Made by a program: the position numbers and the translations under genes. Below the pieces are notes generated by a model, which was given only the letters and a program-made list of their open reading frames with translations, was not told the DNA's origin and searched no databases. Shown here one piece after another: positions 40,591 through 50,858 of a DNA stretch of 64,000 nucleotides. Position 1 is the stretch's first letter, and each line of letters opens with the position of its first letter. The DNA lies in the IMG/VR virus record IMGVR_UViG_3300032246_001967, positions 64,325 through 128,324 of that record; one strand, written 5' to 3'. The stretch comes from a virus.

Positions 40591-40785
40591 ATGACAAATA
40601 AAAAGGATATGACATTAACCTCTGTAAAAGTACAGAGTGAGTTATTTGAACAGTTCAAAATTAATTGTGTTAAGTACAAATTTTCTTTACAAAAGCTTGC
40701 AGACCGTGCTATTCATTTATATATTACGGATGAAGATTTTAGAAAAAAGATACATAGTCACAATAATTTAGACATTAAAGATTAA
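40591..40785 (+). CDS. Small ribbon-helix-helix-like DNA-binding protein
   Basis: LTSVKV..ELFEQFK...SLQKLADRAIHLY; heads the glycan island. Confidence 0.5.
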   Translation: MTNKKDMTLTSVKVQSELFEQFKINCVKYKFSLQKLADRAIHLYITDEDFRKKIHSHNNLDIKD

Positions 40786-40796
40786 AATTAAGTTAC

Positions 40797-42233
40797 ATGA
40801 AAGATAAATTAGGTTATTTACCTCCTGAACAGAGGAAGAAGATCTTGCTTATCTGTGATGACATTAGAGTTCATTCAGGTATTGCAACAGTTGCTAGAGA
40901 AATTGTTATTCATACAGCACATCATTTTAATTGGGTTAACATAGCAGGAGCTATCCAACATCCAGAAAAAGGACAAAAATTTGATGTAAGTGCGGATACA
41001 AACAAAACAGCAGGTATTGAAGATTCATCAGTATTTTTATATCCAGTAGATGGATATGGTGATGCTGATCTTATTAGACAAATAATTAAATTAGAAAACC
41101 CAGACGCTATTATGTTAATTACTGATCCTCGTTATTTTGTTTGGTTATTCCAAATTGAAAATGAAATCAGAAAACATATTCCTATTACTTATTTAAACAT
41201 TTGGGATGATTACCCAGCACCAATTTATAATAAACCGTTTTATGAAGCCTGTGATTTGTTAATGGGTATTTCAAAACAAACCGTAAATATTAATAAAATT
41301 GTTTTAGGTGATAAAGCTGATAATAAAATTATTACTTATGTACCTCATGGTTTAAATGATGAAATTTTTAAACCTCTAGATAAAAACAATTCAGATTTAA
41401 AAGAATTTAAAAAGTATTTATTTAAAGGAAAAACATATGATTTTGCTTTACTATTTAATTCTAGAAATATTAGACGTAAACAAATTCCAGATACTATTTT
41501 AGCATACAAATACTTTATAGATCAATTATCAGAATCAGAAGCTAAAAAATGTGCTTTAGTATTACATACTGAACGTGTTAGTGAACATGGTACTGATTTA
41601 GATGCTGTAATTGAATTATTATGTAATGATGAAAAATATAATGTAATCTTTACAGATGCTAAATTTGACGCTCATCAAATGAACTTATTGTATAATAGTA
41701 CAGATGCTCAAATTTTATTAACATCTAATGAAGGTTGGGGATTAAGTATTACAGAAGCTATTTTAGCAGGAAGACCTATTATTGCAAACGTAACAGGTGG
41801 TATGCAAGATCAAATGAGATTTGAAGATGAAGATGGTAATTGGTTTACTCCATCACCTGAAGTGCCTTCAAACCATACTGGTAAGTATAAAAAACATGGT
41901 AAATGGGCTTTTCCAGTTTATCCAACTTCTAGAACATTAGTTGGTTCACCTCCAACACCTTATATCTGGGATGATACTTGCAAACCAGAAGATGCTGCTG
42001 AACAAATTAAAGCTATTTATAATTTAACTCCTGAAGAAAGACAAGAATTAGGATTAGCAGGTAGAGAATGGGCTACAAGTGATGAAGCAGGATTCACTTC
42101 AACTCATCAAGCTGAAAGAGTTATTAATGCTTTTGCTTCATTATTTAATTCTTGGAAACCAAGAGAAAAATATGAATTGATTAACGTAAATGAATATCCT
42201 GATAGAACATTAAAACATAGTTTATTATATTAA
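40797..42233 (+). CDS. Glycosyltransferase, GT-B (GT4-like)
   Basis: SGIATVA, PHG, RNIRRKQ, EGWGLSITEA. Confidence 0.85.
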   Translation: MKDKLGYLPPEQRKKILLICDDIRVHSGIATVAREIVIHTAHHFNWVNIAGAIQHPEKGQKFDVSADTNKTAGIEDSSVFLYPVDGYGDADLIRQIIKLENPDAIMLITDPRYFVWLFQIENEIRKHIPITYLNIWDDYPAPIYNKPFYEACDLLMGISKQTVNINKIVLGDKADNKIITYVPHGLNDEIFKPLDKNNSDLKEFKKYLFKGKTYDFALLFNSRNIRRKQIPDTILAYKYFIDQLSESEAKKCALVLHTERVSEHGTDLDAVIELLCNDEKYNVIFTDAKFDAHQMNLLYNSTDAQILLTSNEGWGLSITEAILAGRPIIANVTGGMQDQMRFEDEDGNWFTPSPEVPSNHTGKYKKHGKWAFPVYPTSRTLVGSPPTPYIWDDTCKPEDAAEQIKAIYNLTPEERQELGLAGREWATSDEAGFTSTHQAERVINAFASLFNSWKPREKYELINVNEYPDRTLKHSLLY

Positions 42234-42234
42234 A

Positions 42235-43542
42235 ATGAAACCGTTATTTATAATTAGTTGCCCTATAGATACCTATTCTGGTTATGGTGCTCGCTCTCGT
42301 GATTTAGTTAAAGCAATAATTGAATTAGACAAATATGATGTTCAAATATTGCCTCAACGTTGGGGAGGTACACCTTGGAACTTTATTGAAGATCATAAAG
42401 AGGAATGGGGATTTTTACAAAAACATTTATTACTTGCTCCACAATTACCTAAACAACCTGAGATTTGGGCTCAAGTAACTATTCCAAATGAATTTCAACC
42501 TATTGGAAAATACAATATTGGCTTTACAGCTGGTATTGAAACAACACTTTGTGCTCCAGATTGGATTGAGGGGATTAATAGAATGGATGTTACTTTTGTT
42601 TCATCAGAACATTCTAAAAAAGTATTTGAAGAAAGTAAATTTGAACAAAGAGATCCACAAACAAACCAAATGGTTAAATTAATTGAATTACAAAAACCAG
42701 TTGAGGTATTATTTGAAGGAGCAGATTTAAATACTTATTTACCTATTTCTTCTGAAGAAGTAACAGATATTAATTTAGATAGTGTTAAAGAACAATTTGC
42801 TTACTTGTTTGTAGGACATTGGATTAATGGAGATTTAGGTGAGGATAGAAAAAATGTAGGTTTATTAATTAAAGCGTTTTATGAAACCTTTAAAAATAAA
42901 TCTAAAAAACCAGCATTAATTTTAAAAACATCTCATGCTGGTTCGTCTTATGTTGATAGAGAAGAAATTATTAAAAAAATTAAACAGATTAAAAAAACAG
43001 TAAATTCTAAAGATTTACCTAATATTTATCTTCTACATGGTGAGTTTACTGATAAGGAAATGAATCAACTTTATAACCATCCAAAAGTTAAAGCTATGAT
43101 TAGTTTAACTAAAGGTGAAGGTTATGGACGTCCGTTGCTTGAGTTTACTTTAAGTAAAAAACCATTAATTACTACAGGATGGTCAGGACATATAGATTTC
43201 TTAAATTCTGAATTTACTAATTTAATTTCAGGACAATTAACTCCTGTTCATCCAAGTGCCGCTAACCAATGGTTATTAAAAGAGGCAATGTGGTTCACTC
43301 CAGATAATGGTCAAATAGGTTTTTACTTAAAAGATGTATTTGAAAATTATAAAAATTATACTGATAAAGCTAAACGTCAAGCTTATAGAAGTAAAACTGA
43401 ATTTAGTTTTGATAAAATGAAAGAAACAATTAATAGTTATTTAACTAAATATATTCCTGAATTTCCAAAACAAGTCCAAATCCAGTTACCTCAATTAAAG
43501 AAAATTGAATTACCTAAAAAAATAGAAATTAAAAATGGATAA
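42235..43542 (+). CDS. Glycosyltransferase, GT-B (GT4-like)
   Basis: SGYG, DRKN, GEGYGRPLLE. Confidence 0.85.
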   Translation: MKPLFIISCPIDTYSGYGARSRDLVKAIIELDKYDVQILPQRWGGTPWNFIEDHKEEWGFLQKHLLLAPQLPKQPEIWAQVTIPNEFQPIGKYNIGFTAGIETTLCAPDWIEGINRMDVTFVSSEHSKKVFEESKFEQRDPQTNQMVKLIELQKPVEVLFEGADLNTYLPISSEEVTDINLDSVKEQFAYLFVGHWINGDLGEDRKNVGLLIKAFYETFKNKSKKPALILKTSHAGSSYVDREEIIKKIKQIKKTVNSKDLPNIYLLHGEFTDKEMNQLYNHPKVKAMISLTKGEGYGRPLLEFTLSKKPLITTGWSGHIDFLNSEFTNLISGQLTPVHPSAANQWLLKEAMWFTPDNGQIGFYLKDVFENYKNYTDKAKRQAYRSKTEFSFDKMKETINSYLTKYIPEFPKQVQIQLPQLKKIELPKKIEIKNG

Positions 43543-43990
43543 CTTAATAATTTGTGATCGTTGCGGTTCAGACGCATGTTACGTAGATGAAGTAAATCAA
43601 GACATCAAAACATATTTTTGTTATGGATGTGGTTTTCAAACTAACTCTTTAATGAAAGAAGGTGAGGATTTCTATAATAAACAAATAGAAATTTTACCTG
43701 AATTGTATAAAGATTTATTCCACACTGATGAACATGGTAAAATTTGGATGCCATCAGCAGTAAACGTTCCTGATCAAGGTATGGTATTTGCTAATGGTTC
43801 AGGTATTACTAGTTGGGGTTGGAGTGCTGTTAAAGCAGTTCCTGTTAAGGAAGAAGAAAAATCTAAATACCCAATTCCTCATCAACCAGGAAAATTTTAT
43901 GAGTACAGAATGGATATGAGTACAATGAAAAATTTCCATGAGCGTGATTATATGGAAGCCCTTTCATATATTGGGATATTACCGGAGTAA
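43535..43990 (+). CDS. Zn-ribbon hypothetical protein
   Basis: CDRC...CYGC. Confidence 0.6.
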   Translation: MDNLIICDRCGSDACYVDEVNQDIKTYFCYGCGFQTNSLMKEGEDFYNKQIEILPELYKDLFHTDEHGKIWMPSAVNVPDQGMVFANGSGITSWGWSAVKAVPVKEEEKSKYPIPHQPGKFYEYRMDMSTMKNFHERDYMEALSYIGILPE

Positions 43991-44047
43991 AATGTTTTTC
44001 AATCCTTGTTCAATCTTTATTTTTCTTTTAATATTTATAATAAATAA

Positions 44048-44191
44048 ATGGGGCGTTTAAAAAAATATCTAACTGAAGAAGAAAAGTTAGTTGTTAAAAA
44101 ACAACGTGCTTATGATTATTATTGGAAGAATAAAGAAAAACAAGATGAAAGAGCAAAACAAAGATATCAATCTAAAAAGAAAATGTCCTGA
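44048..44191 (+). CDS. Small basic protein overlapping an endonuclease start (47 aa, not in ORF track)
   Basis: MGRLKKYLTEEEK...; follows TATTTATA at 44032. Confidence 0.5.
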   Translation: MGRLKKYLTEEEKLVVKKQRAYDYYWKNKEKQDERAKQRYQSKKKMS

Positions 44192-44846
44192 TTGTAGTAA
44201 AGATTTATATTACAGTTCAAAAAATAATTTTAACACTGCAATTAAGTTAAATAAAGTTTGTAAAAGTTGTTCCTATAAAAAAAGCAAAAATGGAAGAATT
44301 AAATCATTTTGTATTTCTTGTAATAATGAATTTGAACATTTTATATCAGATGGGATAAGAAAATTCTGCAGTAGAAAATGTTTTGATATTGGTAAAAACA
44401 AAACAAATTTATGTAAACCAAAAACTAAAGAAACAAAATTTAAAATAAGTCAAAAATTAAAAGGAAGAATAATATCTGAAGATCAAAAAATAAATCATGG
44501 AATATTCATGAGAACAAGATTTGGTGAGTTAGGTATAAAAGGAAAATTCAAACCTAATTTTAATCCAAATGCTTGTGTTTTAATAGAAGAATATGGAAAA
44601 CAAAATGGATATAATTTTCAACATGCTTTAAATCATGGGGAATATTATATAAAAGAATTAGGGTATTGGGTAGATGGTTATGATAGTGAAAAAAATGTTG
44701 TTATAGAATTTTATGAAGAATGGCATCGTAAAACAAAACAAAAAGAAAAAGATCAAAAAAGAAAAGAATTAATAATGAAAACTTTGAATTGTAAATTCAT
44801 TATATTGTATTGGAATAATAAAATAGAAATATGCAACCTAAAATAA
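44145..44846 (+). CDS. Homing-endonuclease-like protein (Zn fingers, NUMOD3, PD-(D/E)XK/Vsr-like domain)
   Basis: CPDC...CKSC, FCSRKC, ETKFKIS, YWVDGYD...VIEFYEEWH. Confidence 0.7.
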   Translation: MKEQNKDINLKRKCPDCSKDLYYSSKNNFNTAIKLNKVCKSCSYKKSKNGRIKSFCISCNNEFEHFISDGIRKFCSRKCFDIGKNKTNLCKPKTKETKFKISQKLKGRIISEDQKINHGIFMRTRFGELGIKGKFKPNFNPNACVLIEEYGKQNGYNFQHALNHGEYYIKELGYWVDGYDSEKNVVIEFYEEWHRKTKQKEKDQKRKELIMKTLNCKFIILYWNNKIEICNLK

Positions 44847-45448
44847 CAATAGGGGTGACCGTTTGTAATGAGGTAAAGGAACTAGAGGCTTTGTTGGAAC
44901 ATTTAGAAGACAAAGCCTTAGCTCCTGAGTATGAAATCGTAATTCAAATTGACCAAGATAACTACACTGAAGAAGTATTAAGTGTTATTGTCGGTAAAGG
45001 AATAAAACATTGGTTTTATCCCCTTAATAAGGATTTCGCTTCATATAAAAATGAACTTAAAAAACATTGTTCAGGAGAATTTATCTTCCAAATTGATGCT
45101 GATGAATTAGTTGCTCCTGAAATGTTAGAATTATTGCCTAAAATTATTGAGGCAAACCCAGAAGTTGATTTGTATTATGTTCCTAGAATTAATACTGTAA
45201 GTGGTATCACTCAGGAGCATGTACATAGATGGGGTTGGAGGTATGAAAATGAAAGAGTTAATTGGCCTGACTATCAAACTAGGATTTATAGAAACAGTAA
45301 AGATATTAATTGGAAAAATAAAGTTCATGAGGTTATTGAAGGGTTTAAACAATTCACTTTTCTACCAGCTGTTGATGAATTAGCTTTAATTCATCCTAAA
45401 TCAATTGAACGGCAAGAAAAACAAAACCAGTTTTATAATACATTATGA
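44831..45448 (+). CDS. Glycosyltransferase family 2
   Basis: VTVCNE, IFQIDADE, PRIN, WPDYQTR, VHE. Confidence 0.85.
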   Translation: MQPKITIGVTVCNEVKELEALLEHLEDKALAPEYEIVIQIDQDNYTEEVLSVIVGKGIKHWFYPLNKDFASYKNELKKHCSGEFIFQIDADELVAPEMLELLPKIIEANPEVDLYYVPRINTVSGITQEHVHRWGWRYENERVNWPDYQTRIYRNSKDINWKNKVHEVIEGFKQFTFLPAVDELALIHPKSIERQEKQNQFYNTL

Positions 45449-46257
45449 AAATAAAAACTGCTCATTTTGATAAAAAAAGTTTTGAAGATAAACTACAACA
45501 TTTATCCCATATAGATTTTTCATTGTTTGTAGAAACAGCTCCACAATCTCAAGATGAATTATCTTCTATTAATATAATTTCATTCCAAGAACCAAATGAG
45601 TATTTTGGTCTCCATGATTGGGTTATTCAAAATAAAGACTTATTCCAAATAATTTTAACTCAAAGCGATAGAGTATTAAATAATTGTGATACCGCTATTT
45701 TTCAACCTTTTGGACATACTTGGTTAAAACCAGACCAATATGAAAAAGAACATGATAAAGAATTTAAATTAGCTCATTTACAAGGTAAATTACTTAAAAC
45801 ATATGGTCATTCATTAAGACATCAAGTAACATCTAGAAAAAATGAATTTACTATTCCTACTAAGTTTTATGAGACTTATGGAAATAGAAATAATATTGAA
45901 GATGCTCGATTAGGTAAAGAGTTTATATTTGGTGATTCACAATTTGGAGTAGTAATTGAAAATGTTTCTTATAGAGGTTATTTTAGTGAAAAAATATTAG
46001 ATTGTTTTTTATTAAAGACTATTCCTTTATATTGGGGTTGCTCGAACATAGGAGATTTTTTTGATATAAACGGTATTATATCGTTTAGTAACGTAGACGA
46101 TTTAATTCATATATCAAACAATTTAACAGAAGAGTTTTATGATTCTAAAAAAGAAATAATTAATAAAAATTGGAAATTAGCTTTAAATTATGTAAATTAC
46201 GAGCAAAACATAGTTAATACAATCACAGACATCTTTAAACACAACAATATTATATGA
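45445..46257 (+). CDS. GT10 (fucosyltransferase-like) glycosyltransferase
   Basis: VVIEN...YFSEKILDC...IPLYWG motif. Confidence 0.75.
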   Translation: MKIKTAHFDKKSFEDKLQHLSHIDFSLFVETAPQSQDELSSINIISFQEPNEYFGLHDWVIQNKDLFQIILTQSDRVLNNCDTAIFQPFGHTWLKPDQYEKEHDKEFKLAHLQGKLLKTYGHSLRHQVTSRKNEFTIPTKFYETYGNRNNIEDARLGKEFIFGDSQFGVVIENVSYRGYFSEKILDCFLLKTIPLYWGCSNIGDFFDINGIISFSNVDDLIHISNNLTEEFYDSKKEIINKNWKLALNYVNYEQNIVNTITDIFKHNNII

Positions 46258-47396
46258 AAAAAGTATGGTACGCTCCTTATAAGTTTGAGTCTTATGGGGA
46301 AGAAGAAATTAAAGCCGTAGAAGAATCTCTACGCTCAGGCTGGTTAGGTGGACAAGGACCTAAGTCAGTTGAATTTGAAGAAAAAATTGCTAAACGTTTT
46401 GGTAAGAAATTTGGAGTATTTGTTAACTCCGGTTCATCAGCATGTTTGTTAGCTATTGCTTCTTTGGATTTACCTAAAGGATGTAGTATTATTACTCCTG
46501 CTTGTACATTTTCAACTACATTAGCTCCTATTATTCAATTAGGTTATAAACCTAAATTTGTAGATGTAGGATTAAATGATTATGTAGCTGATATTGATCA
46601 AGTAGTAGCTGCTATTACATCTGATGTAAAAGCTATTATGTTACCTAATTTGATTGGTAATAAACCAGATTGGGCTAAACTAAAGCAAGAAATTAAATTG
46701 TTAGGTAGAACAGATATCATTTTGATTGAAGATTCAGCTGATACAATTACTGAAACACCTGAAACAGATGTAGCAACAACTAGTTTTTATGCCTCACACG
46801 TAATTACAGCAGGTGGTGTTGGTGGTATGGTAATGTTTAATGATAAAAAACACGTTACTAAGTGTCTACAATACAGAGACTGGGGTAGATTGGGTGATGA
46901 TTCGGAAATTATGGATGATCGTTTTAATCACAGTGTAGACGGTATTCCTTATGACCACAAGTTCTTATATTCTGTATTAGGATACCATATGAAAGCTTGT
47001 GAAATGAATGCTGCGTTTGGATTAGTTCAATTACACCGTTTTGAAAAATTCTCTCAAATTCGTAGAGAAAATATTGAACGTTACATTGAAAATCTTCAAG
47101 GTGTAGGTGATTTGATCTTACCAGATGATTCTATTCAACCAAACTGGTTAGCAATTCCTTTACAAACAGAAAAACGTTATGAATTACTTAACTTCCTAGA
47201 AGATAATAATATCCAAACACGAGTAACATTCGCTGGAAACGTAACACGTCACCCTGTTTATAGAGAGTATTTACAGTCATTTGAAAACGCTGATACTATT
47301 ATGAAAAACGGTTTCTTGTTAGGTGCACACCACGGAATGACTGTTGAGGATGTAGATTACGTTTGTGGTAAAATTAAAGAATTTTTTAATAAATAA
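46254..47396 (+). CDS. PLP-dependent NDP-sugar 3-dehydrase/aminotransferase (DegT family, RfbH/ColD-like)
   Basis: NSGSSA, IEDSAD, SFYASH with His at the usual Lys position. Confidence 0.85.
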   Translation: MKKVWYAPYKFESYGEEEIKAVEESLRSGWLGGQGPKSVEFEEKIAKRFGKKFGVFVNSGSSACLLAIASLDLPKGCSIITPACTFSTTLAPIIQLGYKPKFVDVGLNDYVADIDQVVAAITSDVKAIMLPNLIGNKPDWAKLKQEIKLLGRTDIILIEDSADTITETPETDVATTSFYASHVITAGGVGGMVMFNDKKHVTKCLQYRDWGRLGDDSEIMDDRFNHSVDGIPYDHKFLYSVLGYHMKACEMNAAFGLVQLHRFEKFSQIRRENIERYIENLQGVGDLILPDDSIQPNWLAIPLQTEKRYELLNFLEDNNIQTRVTFAGNVTRHPVYREYLQSFENADTIMKNGFLLGAHHGMTVEDVDYVCGKIKEFFNK

Positions 47397-47399
47397 ATT

Positions 47400-49187
47400 A
47401 TGATTAAAGTAAGTGATGTTGTTGCTGAATTTTTAAAGCATAAACAAATAGATACTGTATTTGGTATCATTGGTTCGGCTAATTCTCATATTTTTGATTC
47501 AATTCAAAATCTAGGATATACAAAAATTATTTGTACACATCACGAACAAGCCGCAATTATGGCAATGGCTGCTTATTACCGAGCATCAGGTAAATTATCA
47601 GCAGCCATTGTAACTGCGGGGGCAGGAGCTAGTAATGCTATTACTGGAGTTATAAGTAACTGGGCAGATTCTATTCCTGGATTTATTATTTCAGGACAAG
47701 AACCAAGTACATACCTTGATATTCATAAAAATTTAAGGATGTATGGTACTCAAGGATTCAGTGCTTATGAAATGGTTAAAAATGTTACTAAATATAGTAA
47801 TGTATTAACTAATCCAAACACAATACAAGCTGAACTAGAAACACTATATAATATTAGTGTATCTGGAAGACCAGGTCCAACATGGTTAGATATTCCTTTA
47901 GATTCTCAAGCAAAAAAGGTTAAATTTAAAAGTTTTAGTAATTATTCTAATAAATCTTTAAGAATAACAGATGCTTATACTTATGCTGATGATATTATTA
48001 AATTAATAAATCAATCAAAACGTCCCCTTGTATTAGGTGGAATGGGTATTAAGTTAAATAATGCTAAAGATAAATTTAAAAAGTTTATTAACGCAACTCA
48101 ATTACCTACTACATTAAGTTGGTCAGGAATTGATTTATTACCTACTAATCATAGTTGTAATTATGGAAGATTTGGTTTGTATGGTCAACGAGCCGCTAAT
48201 TTTATAGCTCAAAATGCTGATTTGATTGTAGTTTTAGGAAGTAGATTAGCTCTACCTCAAGTAGGATACGATTTTAGTCAGTTTGCTAGAGGAGCTAAAA
48301 TTGTAGTAGTTGATATTGATGAATTAGAATTAAATAAATACGAACGAACCATTAAATATAATCATGATGTAAGTATTGTTTTAGACAAATTATTAGAAAA
48401 TGTTACTAAAATCAATCCTGATATTAGTGAATGGAAAACTAAATGTGATTACTATCGTACTGAATATCCAATAATCAATGATGATTATAAAGACGACAAA
48501 TATGTTAATTCATATAGTTTTGTAAATACACTAACCCAAAAACTATCAGACGATGAAATTATAGTTACTGATATGGGTACAGGTTTATTAAGTGGTCATC
48601 AAGCAGGTCATTTAAAGGAAAACCAAACCATGTTTACAAGTCAAGGTTTAGGTGAAATGGGTGTTGGTTTACCTTATGCTATTGGAGCAGCGTTTGCTGA
48701 ACCAAATAAACAAATCACTTGTTTAAACTGTGATGGGGGTATAATGATGAACCTTCAAGAATTACAAACCATAGTACAACATAACCTTCCAGTTAAAATA
48801 TTCATTTTTAATAATGATGGGTATTTAATGATTAAACATACTCAAAAATTATTCTTTAATGGACGTTATAACTCCGTAGATTCTAGTACAGGAATCCAAC
48901 TACCAGAATTTGAAAGAATTGCTTATGGTTTTAATATTCCTTATGTTAGAATAGATAGAATTAAGGATTTAGATGGAATGAATTTAAATTATAACTCTCC
49001 TGTTATTATTGAAGTGTTTATGGATCCTGAACAAAATTTTATACCTAAAGTAAAAGGTGTAATATTAGAAGATGAATCAATTTTTGCTCCACCATTAGAG
49101 GAAATGTCTCCATTATTGCCTTTTGAAACTATTCAAAAAGAAATGATAGTAGATATTAGTGAAAAATCAAAACAAATCAAAAGATGA
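47400..49187 (+). CDS. TPP-dependent acetolactate-synthase-like enzyme (YerE-like)
   Basis: HHEQAA, GRPGP, MGVGLP, DGGIMMNLQEL, NNDGY; sits within sugar genes. Confidence 0.85.
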   Translation: MIKVSDVVAEFLKHKQIDTVFGIIGSANSHIFDSIQNLGYTKIICTHHEQAAIMAMAAYYRASGKLSAAIVTAGAGASNAITGVISNWADSIPGFIISGQEPSTYLDIHKNLRMYGTQGFSAYEMVKNVTKYSNVLTNPNTIQAELETLYNISVSGRPGPTWLDIPLDSQAKKVKFKSFSNYSNKSLRITDAYTYADDIIKLINQSKRPLVLGGMGIKLNNAKDKFKKFINATQLPTTLSWSGIDLLPTNHSCNYGRFGLYGQRAANFIAQNADLIVVLGSRLALPQVGYDFSQFARGAKIVVVDIDELELNKYERTIKYNHDVSIVLDKLLENVTKINPDISEWKTKCDYYRTEYPIINDDYKDDKYVNSYSFVNTLTQKLSDDEIIVTDMGTGLLSGHQAGHLKENQTMFTSQGLGEMGVGLPYAIGAAFAEPNKQITCLNCDGGIMMNLQELQTIVQHNLPVKIFIFNNDGYLMIKHTQKLFFNGRYNSVDSSTGIQLPEFERIAYGFNIPYVRIDRIKDLDGMNLNYNSPVIIEVFMDPEQNFIPKVKGVILEDESIFAPPLEEMSPLLPFETIQKEMIVDISEKSKQIKR

Positions 49188-49954
49188 AAATATTAATTAC
49201 AGGAGCCAATGGTTATATAGGCAAGTCTTTAACTAATGCTCTAAAAAATGAATATGAAGTAACTACTTTAACTAGACAAAACGCTGATTTAACTAATGCT
49301 GAACAAGTTAAAGAATATTTTAAAGATAAATATTTTGATGTAGTTATCCATTGTGCTATTGAAGGTGGTTATAGATTAGAAAAAGATGGACCTGAGGTTA
49401 TAGATAATAATTTAAAAATGTATTATAATCTTTTAGATAATAAAACACACTTTAATAAATTATTTCATTTCGGTTCAGGAGCAGAAAAACAAGATACATT
49501 TTATGGTTTAAGTAAAAAAGTAATAAACGAATCCCTTCAGAATAAAGATAATTTTTATAATATAAGAATATTTGCTGTATTTGATGAAAATGAAAATGAT
49601 GCTAGATTTATTAAAACAAATATTCGTAAGTATATTAATAAAGAAGATATAGAAATATTTGTTAATAAGTATATGGATTTCTTTTATATGGAAGACTTTA
49701 TTACGTTAATAAAATATTGTATATTAACAGATAATTTACCTAAAATTGTAGAATGTAGTTATAACCATTCTCCAACTTTATATGATGTAGCCCAACTTAT
49801 TAACGAATTAAATAACCATAAAGTAAATATTAATATTAAAAATTGGGAATTAGCACCTTCATTTAATGGTAAGTTTGTAGATTTAGATTTAAAATTTATT
49901 GGTTTAAAACAAGGTATAAAAAACGTTTACGAGAAATTAAAAAATGAATATTAA
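49184..49954 (+). CDS. NAD-dependent epimerase/reductase
   Basis: ITGANGYIG; YGLSK. Confidence 0.85.
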   Translation: MKILITGANGYIGKSLTNALKNEYEVTTLTRQNADLTNAEQVKEYFKDKYFDVVIHCAIEGGYRLEKDGPEVIDNNLKMYYNLLDNKTHFNKLFHFGSGAEKQDTFYGLSKKVINESLQNKDNFYNIRIFAVFDENENDARFIKTNIRKYINKEDIEIFVNKYMDFFYMEDFITLIKYCILTDNLPKIVECSYNHSPTLYDVAQLINELNNHKVNINIKNWELAPSFNGKFVDLDLKFIGLKQGIKNVYEKLKNEY

Positions 49955-50858
49955 AATAGCAACACACATAATGCCTTGGGACATTGATTATGCTTTATTG
50001 ATGTTTACTCAATTAAAAAAATCCCAATACCACTTACCAGAAAATGTTAATATAACTATAGATGTTGAATTAAATCTTTCTAGTTATGTTATTAATTGGG
50101 AAGAAAGTAAATTACCAAAAGAGTATTTTATTGAAAAATATAACACATTGTTGCTATTATTAGATGGTTATAACGTGGTTACAAATGTATATAACGGTGA
50201 CGAGTTACATGGTCATCTAGATCAACAACGTCGGATAGTATCGCCTGAAATAGACTATTATATGAGTATATGTCCTGATGTTTATTTTAGTGAATTAACT
50301 ATTCCTTTATTAATTCAGGGGGCAGCTCAAATAAAAAATAAATATTTTGTTTTAAGTCCTCAACATAGAAAACTAACTGATCCTAGTTGGGATCCTACTA
50401 CTGATACTTCTTATTTAGATATACCTTATGATAAATGTAATAAAATAAGTATTTTTGATATAAGAAATAATAATAAACAAAATAATAAAATCACTATAGA
50501 CCCAGTATCAAATGTTAAATTTGCTGGTTGGTGTGACATTTATAGTAAAGATTTTTATGAGGAATTAGTTCCTATACATGAAGATTGGAATGGATATGGT
50601 CCTTGGGATTGGTATAGTATGATTTTAATTAATTATTCTAAACAATTTAGTATTGATTTTCAACAATATGTTTTAAGAGGACAAACAATAGGAGATTATT
50701 GGACCGGCAATTGGAAAGAAAAAGATGGACTATCAGGCTATTATAAAAATCTAATAGTAAGAAATGAAATACCTAGTCAAAGAGATACATTTGAAGCTAA
50801 CATGGAACAGTATGTTAAAAAAGGTATTTTAATGTTAAAAGAAAAAGGAATTATATGA
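49944..50858 (+). CDS. Putative glycosyltransferase (GT-A-like)
   Basis: CPDVYF, GYGPWD; inside the glycan island. Confidence 0.45.
   Translation: MNIKIATHIMPWDIDYALLMFTQLKKSQYHLPENVNITIDVELNLSSYVINWEESKLPKEYFIEKYNTLLLLLDGYNVVTNVYNGDELHGHLDQQRRIVSPEIDYYMSICPDVYFSELTIPLLIQGAAQIKNKYFVLSPQHRKLTDPSWDPTTDTSYLDIPYDKCNKISIFDIRNNNKQNNKITIDPVSNVKFAGWCDIYSKDFYEELVPIHEDWNGYGPWDWYSMILINYSKQFSIDFQQYVLRGQTIGDYWTGNWKEKDGLSGYYKNLIVRNEIPSQRDTFEANMEQYVKKGILMLKEKGII

Noticed and set aside
42488-45383. Plus-strand alternative-frame ORFs at 42488 and 45201 (also 11963)
   Set aside because: Short, nested in well-supported genes, with no start context or motifs
47400-49187. Acetolactate synthase for branched-chain amino acid synthesis
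   Set aside because: No regulatory subunit or ilv genes; flanked by NDP-sugar enzymes
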